From the NCBI GenBank assembly GCA_964515075.1, contig CAZETE010000004.1, positions 3,353-67,352 of the forward strand: 64,000 bases of DNA, read 5' to 3'. Positions 21,539 to 31,186 of this stretch are shown here, piece by piece; position 1 is the first letter of the stretch; each line of letters begins with the position of its first letter. The stretch is from an uncultured Actinomycetota bacterium (lineage in GTDB: Bacteria > Actinomycetota > Geothermincolia > Geothermincolales > Geothermincolaceae). A program made the position numbers and the translations under genes. The notes beneath the pieces are model-generated. The model was given only the letters and a program-made list of their open reading frames with translations. It was not told the origin of the DNA and ran no database searches.

Positions 21539-21984
21539 GGGTCGGGCTGGGCGCCGACCACGCCGGGCTCAGGCTCAAGTCGGCCATCGCCGCCCGGCTG
21601 GCCGAGTGGGGCCACGAGGCCTTGGACGCCGGCACCGGCTCCGGGGAGTCCTGCGACTACCCCGTCTTCGCCCGGCGGGTGGCCGAGGCGGTGCGCGACG
21701 GCGCCTGCGAGCGGGGCATCCTGGTCTGCGCCACCGGCGTGGGCATGGCCGTCTGCGCCAACAAGGTCCGGGGCGTGCGCGCCGGCGCCTGCAACGACCT
21801 GTACACGGCCCGCTTCAGCCGCCTGCATAACGACCTCAACGTCCTCTGCCTGGGGGAACGGGTCGTCGGGGAGGGCCTGGCCCTGGAGATAGTGGAGGTC
21901 TGGCTCCAGACCCCCTTCGAGGGGGGCCGGCACCGGCGCCGGCTGGGGCTGATCGAGGCCCTGGAGGGCGAAGGCGCGCAATGA
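21535..21984 (+). CDS. rpiB: ribose-5-phosphate isomerase B
   Basis: A 149 aa ORF ([15 protein letters not shown]...[13 protein letters not shown]...). Confidence 0.88.
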   Translation: MRVGLGADHAGLRLKSAIAARLAEWGHEALDAGTGSGESCDYPVFARRVAEAVRDGACERGILVCATGVGMAVCANKVRGVRAGACNDLYTARFSRLHNDLNVLCLGERVVGEGLALEIVEVWLQTPFEGGRHRRRLGLIEALEGEGAQ

Positions 21985-22025
21985 ACTTCGAACGCACATC
22001 CACCGTGAACGCAAAGGAGACCCGG

Positions 22026-23279
22026 ATGGACATGACCGCTTTGTGGAGGACCGACCCGGAGGTGGCGGGGATAATCCAGGCCGAACTGGAGCGGGAGCGG
22101 GGCAAGATCGAGCTCATCGCCTCGGAGAACTTCCCCTCCCTGGCCGTGCTGGAAGCGGCCGGCTCCGTGCTGACCAACAAGTACGCGGAAGGGTACCCGG
22201 GGAAGCGCTACTACGGGGGATGCGAGTGCGTGGACCTGGCCGAGGAACTGGCCATCGAGCGCGCCAAGCGGCTCTTCGGAGCGGAGCACGCCAACGTGCA
22301 GCCCCACTCCGGGGTGCAGGCCAATACCACCGTCTACTTCGCCGCCTTGAAACCGGGCGACGTCATCCTGGGGATGGACATGCGCCACGGCGGGCACCTC
22401 TCCCACGGGTCCCCGGTGAGCCTGTCGGGCACCCACTACCGGGCCTTCCACTACGGGGTGAGCCGGGAGACCGAGCGCCTGGACTACGACGAGGTGGCGG
22501 CGGCGGCGCGTTCCTGCCGGCCCCGCCTGATGGTGGCCGGGGGCAGCGCCTACCCGCGCGACATCGACTTCGCCGCCTTCCGGCGCATCGCCGACGAGGT
22601 GGGCGCCCTGCTCATGGTGGACATGGCTCACTTCGCTGGCCTGGTGGCCGGCGGCGTCCACTCCGACCCGGTGCCCCACGCCCACTTCGTCACCTCCACC
22701 ACCCACAAGACCATGCGGGGCCCGCGGGGCGGCATGGTCCTGTGCGTCGAGGAGCAGGCCCAGGCGGTGGACCGCGCCCTCTTCCCGGGGGTGCAGGGCG
22801 GCCCGCTGATGCACATCATCGCGGCCAAGGCGGTGGCCTTGAAGGAGGCCATGAACGACGAGTTCAAGGACTACGCCCGCCGCATCGTGGACAACGCGGC
22901 GGCGCTGGCCTCGGCGCTGGAGGAGCGGGGCTTCCGGCTGGTCTCCGGGGGCACCGACACCCACCTGATGCTCATCGACCTGCGCCCCCAGGGCATCACC
23001 GGCATAGAGGCGCAGCTGGCCCTGGACGAGGTGGGCATCACCGCCAACAAGAACGAGGTCCCCTTCGACGAGCGGCCCCCCGCCGTCGCCAGCGGCCTGC
23101 GGCTGGGCACGCCGGCCATGACCACGCGGGGCATGCGCGAAGCCGACATGGTCACCATCGCCGGGTTCATCGCCGAGGTCGTCAACAACATCGGGGACCG
23201 GACGGTCAAGGAGAGGGTGCGCGGGCGGGTGCGGGAGTTCCTGGAGGCCTTCCCCCTCTACCCGGAGATCCGGGGTTGA
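22026..23279 (+). CDS. glyA: serine hydroxymethyltransferase
   Basis: A SHMT signature and PLP-lysine region (..[14 protein letters not shown]..). The start is chosen at MDMTALW; the reading frame is open from 21981. Confidence 0.92.
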   Translation: MDMTALWRTDPEVAGIIQAELERERGKIELIASENFPSLAVLEAAGSVLTNKYAEGYPGKRYYGGCECVDLAEELAIERAKRLFGAEHANVQPHSGVQANTTVYFAALKPGDVILGMDMRHGGHLSHGSPVSLSGTHYRAFHYGVSRETERLDYDEVAAAARSCRPRLMVAGGSAYPRDIDFAAFRRIADEVGALLMVDMAHFAGLVAGGVHSDPVPHAHFVTSTTHKTMRGPRGGMVLCVEEQAQAVDRALFPGVQGGPLMHIIAAKAVALKEAMNDEFKDYARRIVDNAAALASALEERGFRLVSGGTDTHLMLIDLRPQGITGIEAQLALDEVGITANKNEVPFDERPPAVASGLRLGTPAMTTRGMREADMVTIAGFIAEVVNNIGDRTVKERVRGRVREFLEAFPLYPEIRG

Positions 23280-23290
23280 AGCCCGGGGCC

Positions 23291-23743
23291 ATGGACGACC
23301 GTCCCGACTGGAACGATTACTTCGCGGCCATCACCCGGCAGGTAGCCACCCGCTCCACCTGCCTGCGGCGGCAGGTGGGCTGCGTCATCGTCGTGGGGAG
23401 GCGCATCGTGGCCACCGGCTACAACGGGGCCCCCTCGGGCCTGGCCCACTGCTCCGAGGTCGGCTGCCTGCGGGACCAGCGCAAGGTCCCCTCCGGCGAG
23501 CGCCACGAGATCTGCCGGGGCCTGCACGCCGAGCAGAACGCCATCATCCAGGCGGCCCTTTACGGGGTGGCGGTGCGGGGGGGCGTCCTCTACTGCACCC
23601 ACCACCCCTGCACCCTCTGCACCAAGATGATCATCAACGCGGGCATCGAGCGCATCTTCTACCTGGAAGGCTACCCGGACGGGATGTCCGCGCAGCTGCT
23701 CGAGGAGGCCGGCGTGGGCGCCGAGCAGCTGCCGCCCGGATAG
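23291..23743 (+). CDS. dCMP deaminase (cytidine/deoxycytidylate deaminase family)
   Basis: [14 protein letters not shown]..., with zinc-binding HAEQNAI and PCTLCTKMI motifs. Confidence 0.8.
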   Translation: MDDRPDWNDYFAAITRQVATRSTCLRRQVGCVIVVGRRIVATGYNGAPSGLAHCSEVGCLRDQRKVPSGERHEICRGLHAEQNAIIQAALYGVAVRGGVLYCTHHPCTLCTKMIINAGIERIFYLEGYPDGMSAQLLEEAGVGAEQLPPG

Positions 23744-23752
23744 GAGGCCCGC

Positions 23753-24934
23753 GTGCTGGTCTACGCCGTCACCTTCGCGACCGCCCTGGTCCTGGCCCTG
23801 ATCTTCACGCCGCTCAACCGCCGCTTCTCCCAGCGGGTGGGAGCCGTGGTGATGCCGCACGACCGCAAGGTCCACGAGAAGCCCACCACCACCATGGGGG
23901 GCATCGCCATGTACCTGGCGGTGCTGCTGGCCCTGCTGGCCTGCAAGATCCTGGTGAGCGCCCTGGACCCGGCCGGGCTGCCGAGGGGCATAAGCGAGGC
24001 TCTCTCCTCCCAGGAGCTCCTGGGCATCCTCCTGGCCTCCCTGATCATCCTGCTGCTGGGGATCTGGGACGACCTGCGCGAGCTGTCCCCGCTGGCCAAG
24101 CTGACCGGGCAGGTGGCGGCGGTGCTGGTGATGGCCTCCTTCGGGGTGGAGATCCGCAGCATCTCCTACATCCGCGGCGACCTCGTGGACCTGAGCGGCA
24201 GCCCCGCCGCCTCCATCCTCCTGACCCTGGTGTGGATGGTGGCCTTCATCAACTTCATCAACCTCATCGACGGGCTGGACGGGCTGGCGGCCGGCGTCGC
24301 CTGCATCTCCGCCGCGGCCTTCTTCATCTACGGCACGCAGGTGGGGCCGGACCAGGCGGTCCTGCAGGCCATGGTCATCTCGGCGGCCCTGGGCGGGGCG
24401 ACCCTGGGCTTCCTCTACTACAACTTCAACCCGGCCAGCATCTTCATGGGGGATTCCGGGGCCATGTTCCTAGGGTTCATCCTGGGAGCCGTCTCCATCC
24501 AGGGCATCCTCAAGCGCGCCGCCGTGGCCACCGTCTTCCCGCCCCTGATCATCCTGGCCATCCCCATCGCGGACACGGGGCTGGCCATCATCCGGAGGGT
24601 GCGGGGCCACCTGCCGGTCCACCACGCGGACAAGGAGCACATCCACCACCGCCTGCTCTACCTGGGGCACTCCCACCGGCGGGCGGTCATGCTGATCTAC
24701 CTGTGGACCATCCTGCTCACGGCGGTGGCCCTGGTCCTGGAGTTCGCCAGCAGCAAGAAGCTCTTTCTGGCCCTGCTGCTGGTAACCATAGGCAGCTTCT
24801 TTTTGAGCATCTTCCCCCGCTTCCTCAAGGCCCGGCGCGAGGAGGACTACATCCGCGACATGGAGGAGGAGTCCGGCCGGGCTCCCGACCTCTGGGTGGT
24901 GGAGCCCCCCGAGCCCGTCGACGACGAGGACTGA
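23753..24934 (+). CDS. undecaprenyl-phosphate N-acetylhexosamine-1-phosphate transferase (WecA/TagO, glycosyltransferase family 4)
   Basis: A polytopic membrane protein with the MraY/WecA signatures (..IWDDLREL.., ..NFINLIDGLDGLAAG..). Confidence 0.8.
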   Translation: MLVYAVTFATALVLALIFTPLNRRFSQRVGAVVMPHDRKVHEKPTTTMGGIAMYLAVLLALLACKILVSALDPAGLPRGISEALSSQELLGILLASLIILLLGIWDDLRELSPLAKLTGQVAAVLVMASFGVEIRSISYIRGDLVDLSGSPAASILLTLVWMVAFINFINLIDGLDGLAAGVACISAAAFFIYGTQVGPDQAVLQAMVISAALGGATLGFLYYNFNPASIFMGDSGAMFLGFILGAVSIQGILKRAAVATVFPPLIILAIPIADTGLAIIRRVRGHLPVHHADKEHIHHRLLYLGHSHRRAVMLIYLWTILLTAVALVLEFASSKKLFLALLLVTIGSFFLSIFPRFLKARREEDYIRDMEEESGRAPDLWVVEPPEPVDDED

Positions 24935-24971
24935 CCGGGGGCGGCGCCGCGGCGGGGAGCGGGCGGGGGGC

Positions 24972-27095
24972 CTAGGCTATGGTGGGGAGATGGGTCTCGG
25001 TCACCAGGTCCATGCGGATGACCCCGCGCTCGGCCAGCCGGAAGAAGACGTCCACCACCTCCGGGTCGAACTGGCGGCCCGACTCGTTGCGCAGCTCCGC
25101 CATGGCCTTCTCCACCGACAGGGCCTTGCGGTAGGGGCGGTCGGAGGTCATGGCCTCGAAGGCGTCGCAGACCCCGATGATGCGCGCGCCCAGGGGTATC
25201 TCCTCCCCTTTCAGGCCCTCCGGGTAGCCGCTGCCGTCGTACTTCTCCTGGTGGTGGTAGACCAGCGGCAGCACCGGCTCCAGCAGCTTGACCGGCTGGA
25301 GGATGCGGGTGCCGATGAAGGGATGGTACTGCATCTCCAGGGTCTCCTCCTCGGTCAGCTTGCCCGGCTTCTTCAAGATCTCCTCCTTGATGCCGATCTT
25401 GCCGACGTCGTGGAGGATGCTGGCGTTGCGGATGATGTCGACCTCCTCGGGGTCTAAGCCCATCTCCTCCGCGATGAGCACCGCGTACTCGGTGACGCGG
25501 TGGGAGTGCCCGTGGGTGTAGGAGTCGCGCGCGTCTATGGCCGATGCCAGGGCGGTGATGACGTCCAGGTAGATCTCCTCCAGGCTCTCGAAGAGCCGGG
25601 CGTTCTCGATGGCGATGGCGGCCTGGCTGGCCAGGCTGGTGAACAGGTTGATCTCGTGGGGGGTGAAGCTGTGCTGCTCGTTGGTGTAGATGTTGAGCAC
25701 CCCGATGACCTTGTCCTTGAGGCTCAAGGGCACGCTCAGCAGGGAGGTCAGGCCCTCTTCGCGCGCGTTGGCGGAGAAGACGTGCCGGGGGTCCGCGGAG
25801 ATGTCCGGGACGTGGATGGGCCGCCCCTCGGAGATGACCCGTCCGGCGATGCTCTCCCCCACCTTGATGTTGCCCTTGTGGATGTACTCCTCCGACATCC
25901 CGTGGGCGGCGGCCATCACCAGTTCCTGCGAGTCCTCGTCCAGCAGCATCAGCGAGGAGATCTTGGCGTCGAACAGCCCGATGCTCATCTGCACGATCTG
26001 CTGGAGCACCGTGTTCAGGTCGACGGCGGAGGTGATGGCCTTGTCGATCTCGAAGATGGCGTGCAGCTCGCCGATGCGGTCCTCCAGGTCGACGTAGAGC
26101 CGGGCGTTGTGGACGGCCACCGAGGCCTGGATGGCCAGGGCGTTGAGCAGGTTGAGGTCGTAGGAGCTGAAGGCGTTGCGGCGCAGGCTTCCCACGGAGA
26201 TGACCCCGTAGCTCTCCTCGCGCCACTTCATGGGCGCGTAGATGGCCGAGCGGATGCGCCGGGCCTCCAGGAGCTGCCGGAAGCGCGGTTCCTGATCGGT
26301 GTCCTCCACCACCAGGGGCGCGCCCATCTTCAACACCGTTCCCACCAGCCCGTACTCGCTGGGGATGCGGATGGAGCTCTCCATCTCGTTCATGTTGTAG
26401 GCGGCGGCGACGCTCAGGTACTCGCGGTCCGCCTCGAAGGTGAACACCGTCACCACGTCGCAGCCGATGGTGCGGGACACCGCCTGCATGAGGTTGTCGT
26501 AGATGGTGTTCTCCTTCAGGGTGGAGTCGAAGAGGGTGGCGAAACTGGCGAGGGTGGTCATCTCCATCATCCTCTGCCGCTTCTCCTTCCCCTCGTATTC
26601 CCGGCTCTCGGCCATGAAGCCCGAGATCCAGGTGGCGATGAGGATGACCCCCAGGGGGGTGACGAGGTTCCTGCCCAGCTCCGCCCAGACGATCTCCCGG
26701 GTGGAGAGGGTCAGCGCCGCGTAGGAGGCCATGGCGGCGAGGGAGTAGGCCGCCCCCTCCTTGATGCCGTACCAGAAAGTGACGGTGAAGCAGGGCAGGG
26801 ACAGCAGGTATTCGTAGCCCACCACCGGGTGGTTGCGGGTGACGTAGACGAAGGAGCTGAAGAGGACGATCTCGCCCGCGGTCATCAGGCCCACCGTCAG
26901 GTGCAGCTTCTCGTCGGGCGCCCGCTTGACGAAGATGTAAGAGACCACGAAGTAGGCCGCGGCGGCGGCGAGCATGGGGACGAACAGCGAGGCGGAGACG
27001 TCCCTGCGGATGAACAGGTACTGGACGGCGATGAACAGCAAGGCCAGGGCGCGGGTCGTCCGCAAGAAACCGAGCATCCGTTCCTTGAAGTCCAA
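24972..27095 (-). CDS. membrane-anchored GAF-GAF-HD-GYP c-di-GMP phosphodiesterase
   Basis: N-terminal transmembrane segments, two GAF domains and a C-terminal HD-GYP domain (..HGHSHRVTEYAVLIA...HDVGKIGI...HHQEKYDGSGYPEGL..). Confidence 0.8.
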   Translation of the reverse strand: MDFKERMLGFLRTTRALALLFIAVQYLFIRRDVSASLFVPMLAAAAAYFVVSYIFVKRAPDEKLHLTVGLMTAGEIVLFSSFVYVTRNHPVVGYEYLLSLPCFTVTFWYGIKEGAAYSLAAMASYAALTLSTREIVWAELGRNLVTPLGVILIATWISGFMAESREYEGKEKRQRMMEMTTLASFATLFDSTLKENTIYDNLMQAVSRTIGCDVVTVFTFEADREYLSVAAAYNMNEMESSIRIPSEYGLVGTVLKMGAPLVVEDTDQEPRFRQLLEARRIRSAIYAPMKWREESYGVISVGSLRRNAFSSYDLNLLNALAIQASVAVHNARLYVDLEDRIGELHAIFEIDKAITSAVDLNTVLQQIVQMSIGLFDAKISSLMLLDEDSQELVMAAAHGMSEEYIHKGNIKVGESIAGRVISEGRPIHVPDISADPRHVFSANAREEGLTSLLSVPLSLKDKVIGVLNIYTNEQHSFTPHEINLFTSLASQAAIAIENARLFESLEEIYLDVITALASAIDARDSYTHGHSHRVTEYAVLIAEEMGLDPEEVDIIRNASILHDVGKIGIKEEILKKPGKLTEEETLEMQYHPFIGTRILQPVKLLEPVLPLVYHHQEKYDGSGYPEGLKGEEIPLGARIIGVCDAFEAMTSDRPYRKALSVEKAMAELRNESGRQFDPEVVDVFFRLAERGVIRMDLVTETHLPTIA

Positions 27096-27298
27096 CGTCC
27101 TACCTCTGGCTCCCGTCAGCCGTTTCCTGACGCTACGTCATATCGCGGGCGGAAGAACGCCCTCCGACTCTATATCTTACTTCGGTTCGGGCGCTTTTGC
27201 CATTAAACCGTCCGACCCCTCTTTATGATACGCTTTTAGGGACCGGCTGTCCTTGCGCGACGACAAGCAGAGGGAGGTGTGCCGTGCTGGGAGGCTAC

Positions 27299-29188
27299 AT
27301 GGGCCGGGTGCTCGAGGTCGACCTGAGCACCGGCGAAACGCGTACTTTCTCACTATCCGACAGGATGCTGGAGCTCTACGTGGGCAGCAAGGGCCTGGGG
27401 GCCCGGCTGCTCTACGAGCTCCTGCCCCCCGGAGTGGACCCGCTGGGCCCGGAGAACGTCCTCATCGTCACCACCGCGCCCATGACCGGCACCGGGGCGC
27501 CCAGCGCCAACCGTTTCAACGTCACCTCCAAGTCGCCCGCCACCGGCCTCATCGTCAACTCCAACAGCGGCGGCAACTTCGGGGTGCACCTCAAGCGCTC
27601 GGGCTTCGACGCCCTGATCATCCGGGGCAGGGCGCCCAGGCTGAGCTGGCTGAAGATAGAGAACGGCGAGGCCTCCATCGAGGACGCCGCGCACCTGCGG
27701 GGCCTGGATACCGAGGAGACGCAGGAGAAGCTGCCCAAGAAGATGGGGAAGATGGTCATCGGGCCGGCGGGGGAGAACCTGGTCAAGTTCGCTTCCATCT
27801 TCTCCCAGGAGCGGGTGGCGGGCCGCGCCGGCATCGGCACGGTGATGGGCTCCAAGAACCTCAAGGCGGTGGCGGCGGGCGGCGACCGGAAGCCCCGGCT
27901 GCCGGACGAGGAGAAGTACAGGGAGGTCTGCAAGGGATGGCGGGAGGTGCTCAAGAGGCACCCGGCCACCGGGGAGGCCATGCCCGGCTACGGGACGGCC
28001 GGCTTCATCAACGTCTGCAACGCCACCCACACCATGCCCACCCGCAACTTCCAGCAGGGCCAGTTCCGCGCCATCGACGCGGTGAGCGGGGAGACCCTGG
28101 CCGAGACCGAGTTGGTCAAGAACTACGCCTGCTTCGGCTGCGTCATCGCCTGCGGACGCCGGGTGGAGGTGGACGGCAAGGTAGTCAAGGGCCCGGAGTA
28201 CGAGACCCTGGGGCTCTTCGGCCCCAACCTGGGCAACGCCGACCTCAAGGCCATCCTGCGCTGGAACTACGAGTGCGACCTGCTGGGCATGGACGCCATC
28301 AGCGTGGGCAACATCCTCGGCTTCGCCATGGAGGCGGGGGAGAGGGGCCTGCTCCCGACGGACTTGAGGTTCGGCAGGACCGACGGCATCTCCCGGGCCA
28401 TCGAGGACATGGCCTTCAGGCGGGGGCTGGGCGACGAAATGGCCGAGGGGGTGCGCTCCCTCTCCCGCAAGTACGGGGGGGAGGAGTTCGCCATCCAGTC
28501 CAAGGGGCTGGAGATACCCTCCTACGAACCCCGGGGCGCGGTGGGCCACGGGCTGGGATACGCCGTCTCCAACCGCGGCGGCTGCCACCTGGCCGGCGGG
28601 TACATGATCTACCTGGAGGCCAACGGGCCGGTCACCGTCGACCCCCTGGCGACCACCGGCAAGGCCGGATTGACCATCCTCAACCAGACCGTGCTGGAGG
28701 CCGTGAGCAACCTGGGGTGCTGCAACTTCACCGTCTTCACCATGCTCCACCCGCTGCTGCTGGAGTGGAACGCTCGCTCGCGGCTGGTGGCCAAGGCGCT
28801 GTCGAAGGGCTTCCTCTACTCGGGGGACCTGCTGGGCGCGGCCCTGTCCCTGCCCGACTGGACCATGCCCATCCCGGCCCCCTTCAGCATGTTCCCCCAG
28901 GTGAAGGCGCACGCCGTGTGCACCGGCACCAACTTCACCATGGGCAAGTTCCTCGCCCTGGGGCAGCGGGCCAACAACATCGACCGCCTCTTCAATGCGC
29001 GCGAGGGATTCACCGCCAAGGACGACACCCTGCCCCGCCGCTTCACCGACGAGCTGCAGCGCATGGACGAGCCCGGCTCCATCGTGCGCCTGGAGAGGAT
29101 GAAGAAGCGCTACTACCTGCTGCGCGGCTGGAAGGCGGACGGCACGCCCCGGGACTCGACCTTGCGGCGGCTGAAGATAGAGAAGTAG
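27299..29188 (+). CDS. aor: aldehyde:ferredoxin oxidoreductase (tungsten/pterin-dependent AOR family)
   Basis: An AOR N-terminal domain (MGRVLEVDLSTGE...) with conserved (..APSANRFNVTSKSPATG..) and cluster/pterin-binding regions. Alternative in-frame starts exist at GTG 27281 and ATG 27197. Confidence 0.88.
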   Translation: MGRVLEVDLSTGETRTFSLSDRMLELYVGSKGLGARLLYELLPPGVDPLGPENVLIVTTAPMTGTGAPSANRFNVTSKSPATGLIVNSNSGGNFGVHLKRSGFDALIIRGRAPRLSWLKIENGEASIEDAAHLRGLDTEETQEKLPKKMGKMVIGPAGENLVKFASIFSQERVAGRAGIGTVMGSKNLKAVAAGGDRKPRLPDEEKYREVCKGWREVLKRHPATGEAMPGYGTAGFINVCNATHTMPTRNFQQGQFRAIDAVSGETLAETELVKNYACFGCVIACGRRVEVDGKVVKGPEYETLGLFGPNLGNADLKAILRWNYECDLLGMDAISVGNILGFAMEAGERGLLPTDLRFGRTDGISRAIEDMAFRRGLGDEMAEGVRSLSRKYGGEEFAIQSKGLEIPSYEPRGAVGHGLGYAVSNRGGCHLAGGYMIYLEANGPVTVDPLATTGKAGLTILNQTVLEAVSNLGCCNFTVFTMLHPLLLEWNARSRLVAKALSKGFLYSGDLLGAALSLPDWTMPIPAPFSMFPQVKAHAVCTGTNFTMGKFLALGQRANNIDRLFNAREGFTAKDDTLPRRFTDELQRMDEPGSIVRLERMKKRYYLLRGWKADGTPRDSTLRRLKIEK

Positions 29189-29210
29189 GCGTGGCGGCGG
29201 AGGAGGGGCC

Positions 29211-29459
29211 TTGGTAGAGGTGAAGCTCTTCGCCACCCTGCGCCGGGAGGCCGGGGAGAAAGGCTTCGAGACGGACGCTGCTTCGGTGAAAGACGTGCTG
29301 CGCGAGCTGGCCGCCCGCTACGGCCCCTCCTTCACCGGGCAGTTGAAGAAGGCCACCGTCCTGGTGAACGGGCGCAACGCCGCCCACCTCAAGGGCCAGC
29401 GGACCCGCCTCGCCGACGGCGACGTGGTCAGCATCTTCCCGCCCTTGGCCGGAGGGTGA
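29211..29459 (+). CDS. MoaD/ThiS-like ubiquitin-fold sulfur-carrier protein
   Basis: An 82 aa ORF (MVEVKLFATLRREAGEK...DGDVVSIFPPLAGG) ending in a Gly-Gly C-terminus. It lies immediately downstream of aor. Confidence 0.7.
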   Translation: MVEVKLFATLRREAGEKGFETDAASVKDVLRELAARYGPSFTGQLKKATVLVNGRNAAHLKGQRTRLADGDVVSIFPPLAGG

Positions 29460-29492
29460 GGGCGCGGGCGCGGCGCCTCCGCGGCCCCGCGC

Positions 29493-29828
29493 TCAGACCG
29501 GGGTGATGGTGATGCCCCCGGGCCCGTGGTCGTGATCGTGGTCGTGTTCGTGCGAGTGTGTGTGCGTGTGCGAGTGCGAGTGTGTGTGCGCATGCGTGTG
29601 CCCGTGCATCTGGGCCTCCACCAGCTCGGCGACGGCCGCGCGCACGAGTTCCTCCGCCTCGGCCAGCCCCTTGAGGCCCTCCTGCAGCTTGCCCGCAACG
29701 CCGTCCAGGTCGACGTTGGCGGCCAGGGCCGCCCACTGGCGGAGGTGGTCCTGCTCCAGGCGGACGCGGTCGGCCCCCTGCTTGAGGGATACCTTCAGGG
29801 TGGTGAGATCGATGCCTTCCTTACACAT
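29493..29828 (-). CDS. His-rich putative metallochaperone (helical N-domain plus C-terminal His tail; CooJ/Hpn-like)
   Basis: A 111 aa ORF: MCKEGIDLTTLKVSLKQGADRVRLEQDHLRQWAALAANVDLDGVAGKLQEGLKGLAEAEELVRAAVAELVEAQMHGHTHAHTHSHSHTHTHSHEHDHDHDHGPGGITITPV. It carries 16 His in the last 35 residues. The gene is convergent with the aor-moaD pair. Confidence 0.55.
   Translation of the reverse strand: MCKEGIDLTTLKVSLKQGADRVRLEQDHLRQWAALAANVDLDGVAGKLQEGLKGLAEAEELVRAAVAELVEAQMHGHTHAHTHSHSHTHTHSHEHDHDHDHGPGGITITPV
29527..29608. repeat. GT/GTGC-rich low-complexity microsatellite encoding the His-x tail
   Basis: cgtgatcgtggtcgtgttcgtgcgagtgtgtgtgcgtgtgcgagtgcgagtgtgtgtgcgcatgcgtgtgcccgtgcat. This simple-sequence DNA is prone to slippage. 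Confidence 0.5.
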
Positions 29829-29905
29829 GCTCCCCTCTCCCGTCCTTCGTCGGATAATACCTTCGGCGGCGGCTCCGGCGGCGGCCGGAGCGGGCCGCGG
29901 CAGCG

Positions 29906-30823
29906 TCAAACGCAGTCCTCCGGCCGGGCCTTGCCCAGGTCCACCATGGCGCGGCGCAGGATCTCCCTGCCCGCCTCGCTCATGGGGAGCATGGGCAGGC
30001 GCAGGGCGCCGGAGGGCTGCCCCATCCAGGCCAGGGCCTGCTTGAAGCCGGTGGGGTTGGGCTCGCAGAAGAGCGCTTCCACCAGCGGGAGCACCCGCAG
30101 GTGGATGGCGCGCGCCTCCCGCAGCCGGCCGTCCCAGACCAGCCGGCACATCTCCGCGAACTCCCGCCCCAGGACGTGGCCTACCGCGGCGATGCAGCCG
30201 TGCCCGCCCAGGCAGAGGATGAGGTAGGTGAGGGCGTCCTCGCCCGAGTAGACGAAGAGCTCCCGCCCGGCTTCGCCCAGCAGCCTGAAGAGGGACGACG
30301 CGTACTGGATGGCGCCGGAGGCGTCCTTGATGCCCACGATGTTGTCTATGGCGGAAAGACGCACCACCGTCTCCGGCTCGATGCTGCGCCCGGTGCGCGC
30401 GGGGATGTTGTAGAGGATGACGGGGAGGGAGGTGGCTTCGGCCACCGCCAGGAAGTGGCGGTACAGCCCCTCCTGGCTGGGCCGGTTGTAGTAGGGGCTC
30501 ACCTGCAGGGTGGCGTCCACCCCCAGCCTTTCCGCGGCCACGGTCATCTCCACGGCCTCGGCCGTCGAGTTGGAGCCGGTGCCGGCGATGACCGGGACCC
30601 GCCCGGCCGTCTGCTCCAGCACCACCTCGATCACCCGCAGGTGCTCCCGGTGGTCCAGGGTAGAGGACTCGCCGGTGGTGCCGCAGGGGACGATGCCGTC
30701 CGCGCCCTGCTCCTCGATGAGGTAGTCAACCACCCGGCGCAGGGCCTCCGCGTCGATCTCCCCCGAATCCTTGAAGGGGGTGATCACCGGGATGATGCAT
30801 CCCCGCAGGTCCCATCCAGACAA
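29906..30823 (-). CDS. dapA: DapA-family class I aldolase (4-hydroxy-tetrahydrodipicolinate synthase-like)
   Basis: The GTTGESSTL motif is present, and the Schiff-base lysine lies in the ..IVGIKDASG.. context. Confidence 0.7.
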   Translation of the reverse strand: MSGWDLRGCIIPVITPFKDSGEIDAEALRRVVDYLIEEQGADGIVPCGTTGESSTLDHREHLRVIEVVLEQTAGRVPVIAGTGSNSTAEAVEMTVAAERLGVDATLQVSPYYNRPSQEGLYRHFLAVAEATSLPVILYNIPARTGRSIEPETVVRLSAIDNIVGIKDASGAIQYASSLFRLLGEAGRELFVYSGEDALTYLILCLGGHGCIAAVGHVLGREFAEMCRLVWDGRLREARAIHLRVLPLVEALFCEPNPTGFKQALAWMGQPSGALRLPMLPMSEAGREILRRAMVDLGKARPEDCV

Positions 30824-30890
30824 TTACACCAACTCCTGCCTCTCGCTCCGTGGGATTACATGATATCAGAAGCGCGGGCCGCTTGATAAG

Positions 30891-30911
30891 CCCCGCCGGC
30901 GTTCGGCGGGG
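30891..30911. promoter_or_regulatory. strong GC hairpin (CCCCGCCG-GCGTT-CGGCGGGG) in the dapA-like / crtI-like divergent region
   Basis: An 8-bp perfect GC stem. No U-tract follows on either strand, so it is not a canonical terminator. Confidence 0.25.
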
Positions 30912-31020
30912 CCGCCTCTATTACAGTATGTAAATAATAAATGCTAGCTCTGCTGAAACCCCCATTATTACCATATTATGTCAATGCCGGGATTTTACGG
31001 CGAAATTACCCCCCACCCTA

Positions 31021-31049
31021 TTGACACCCCTTGCCAGGGTGGTAAGATG
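31021..31049 (+). promoter_or_regulatory. near-consensus sigma70 promoter TTGACA-N17-TAAGAT
   Basis: TTGACACCCCTTGCCAGGGTGGTAAGATGG. It would give a ~225 nt leader before the first CrtI-like gene. Confidence 0.45.
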
Positions 31050-31160
31050 GTATTTGTTCGCTAGGTGTCAGGGGGTAATCAGGCGTCTTTTGCGCCGCCG
31101 TATTGCTTCCCAGAAAGCCCAAGGTGCCGAGTAGAAAACGGTGCGCCCGAGCGCAGCGGT

Positions 31161-31186
31161 CCCAAAGGTTCCTTGGGTTTTTCTTT
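31161..31186 (+). terminator. weak hairpin plus U-tract (CCCAAaggttccTTGGG TTTTTCTTT) inside that leader; possible attenuator
   Basis: A 5-bp stem followed by a 9-nt T-rich run. An upstream CCCAAGG at about 31131 could form an alternative pairing. Confidence 0.3.
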
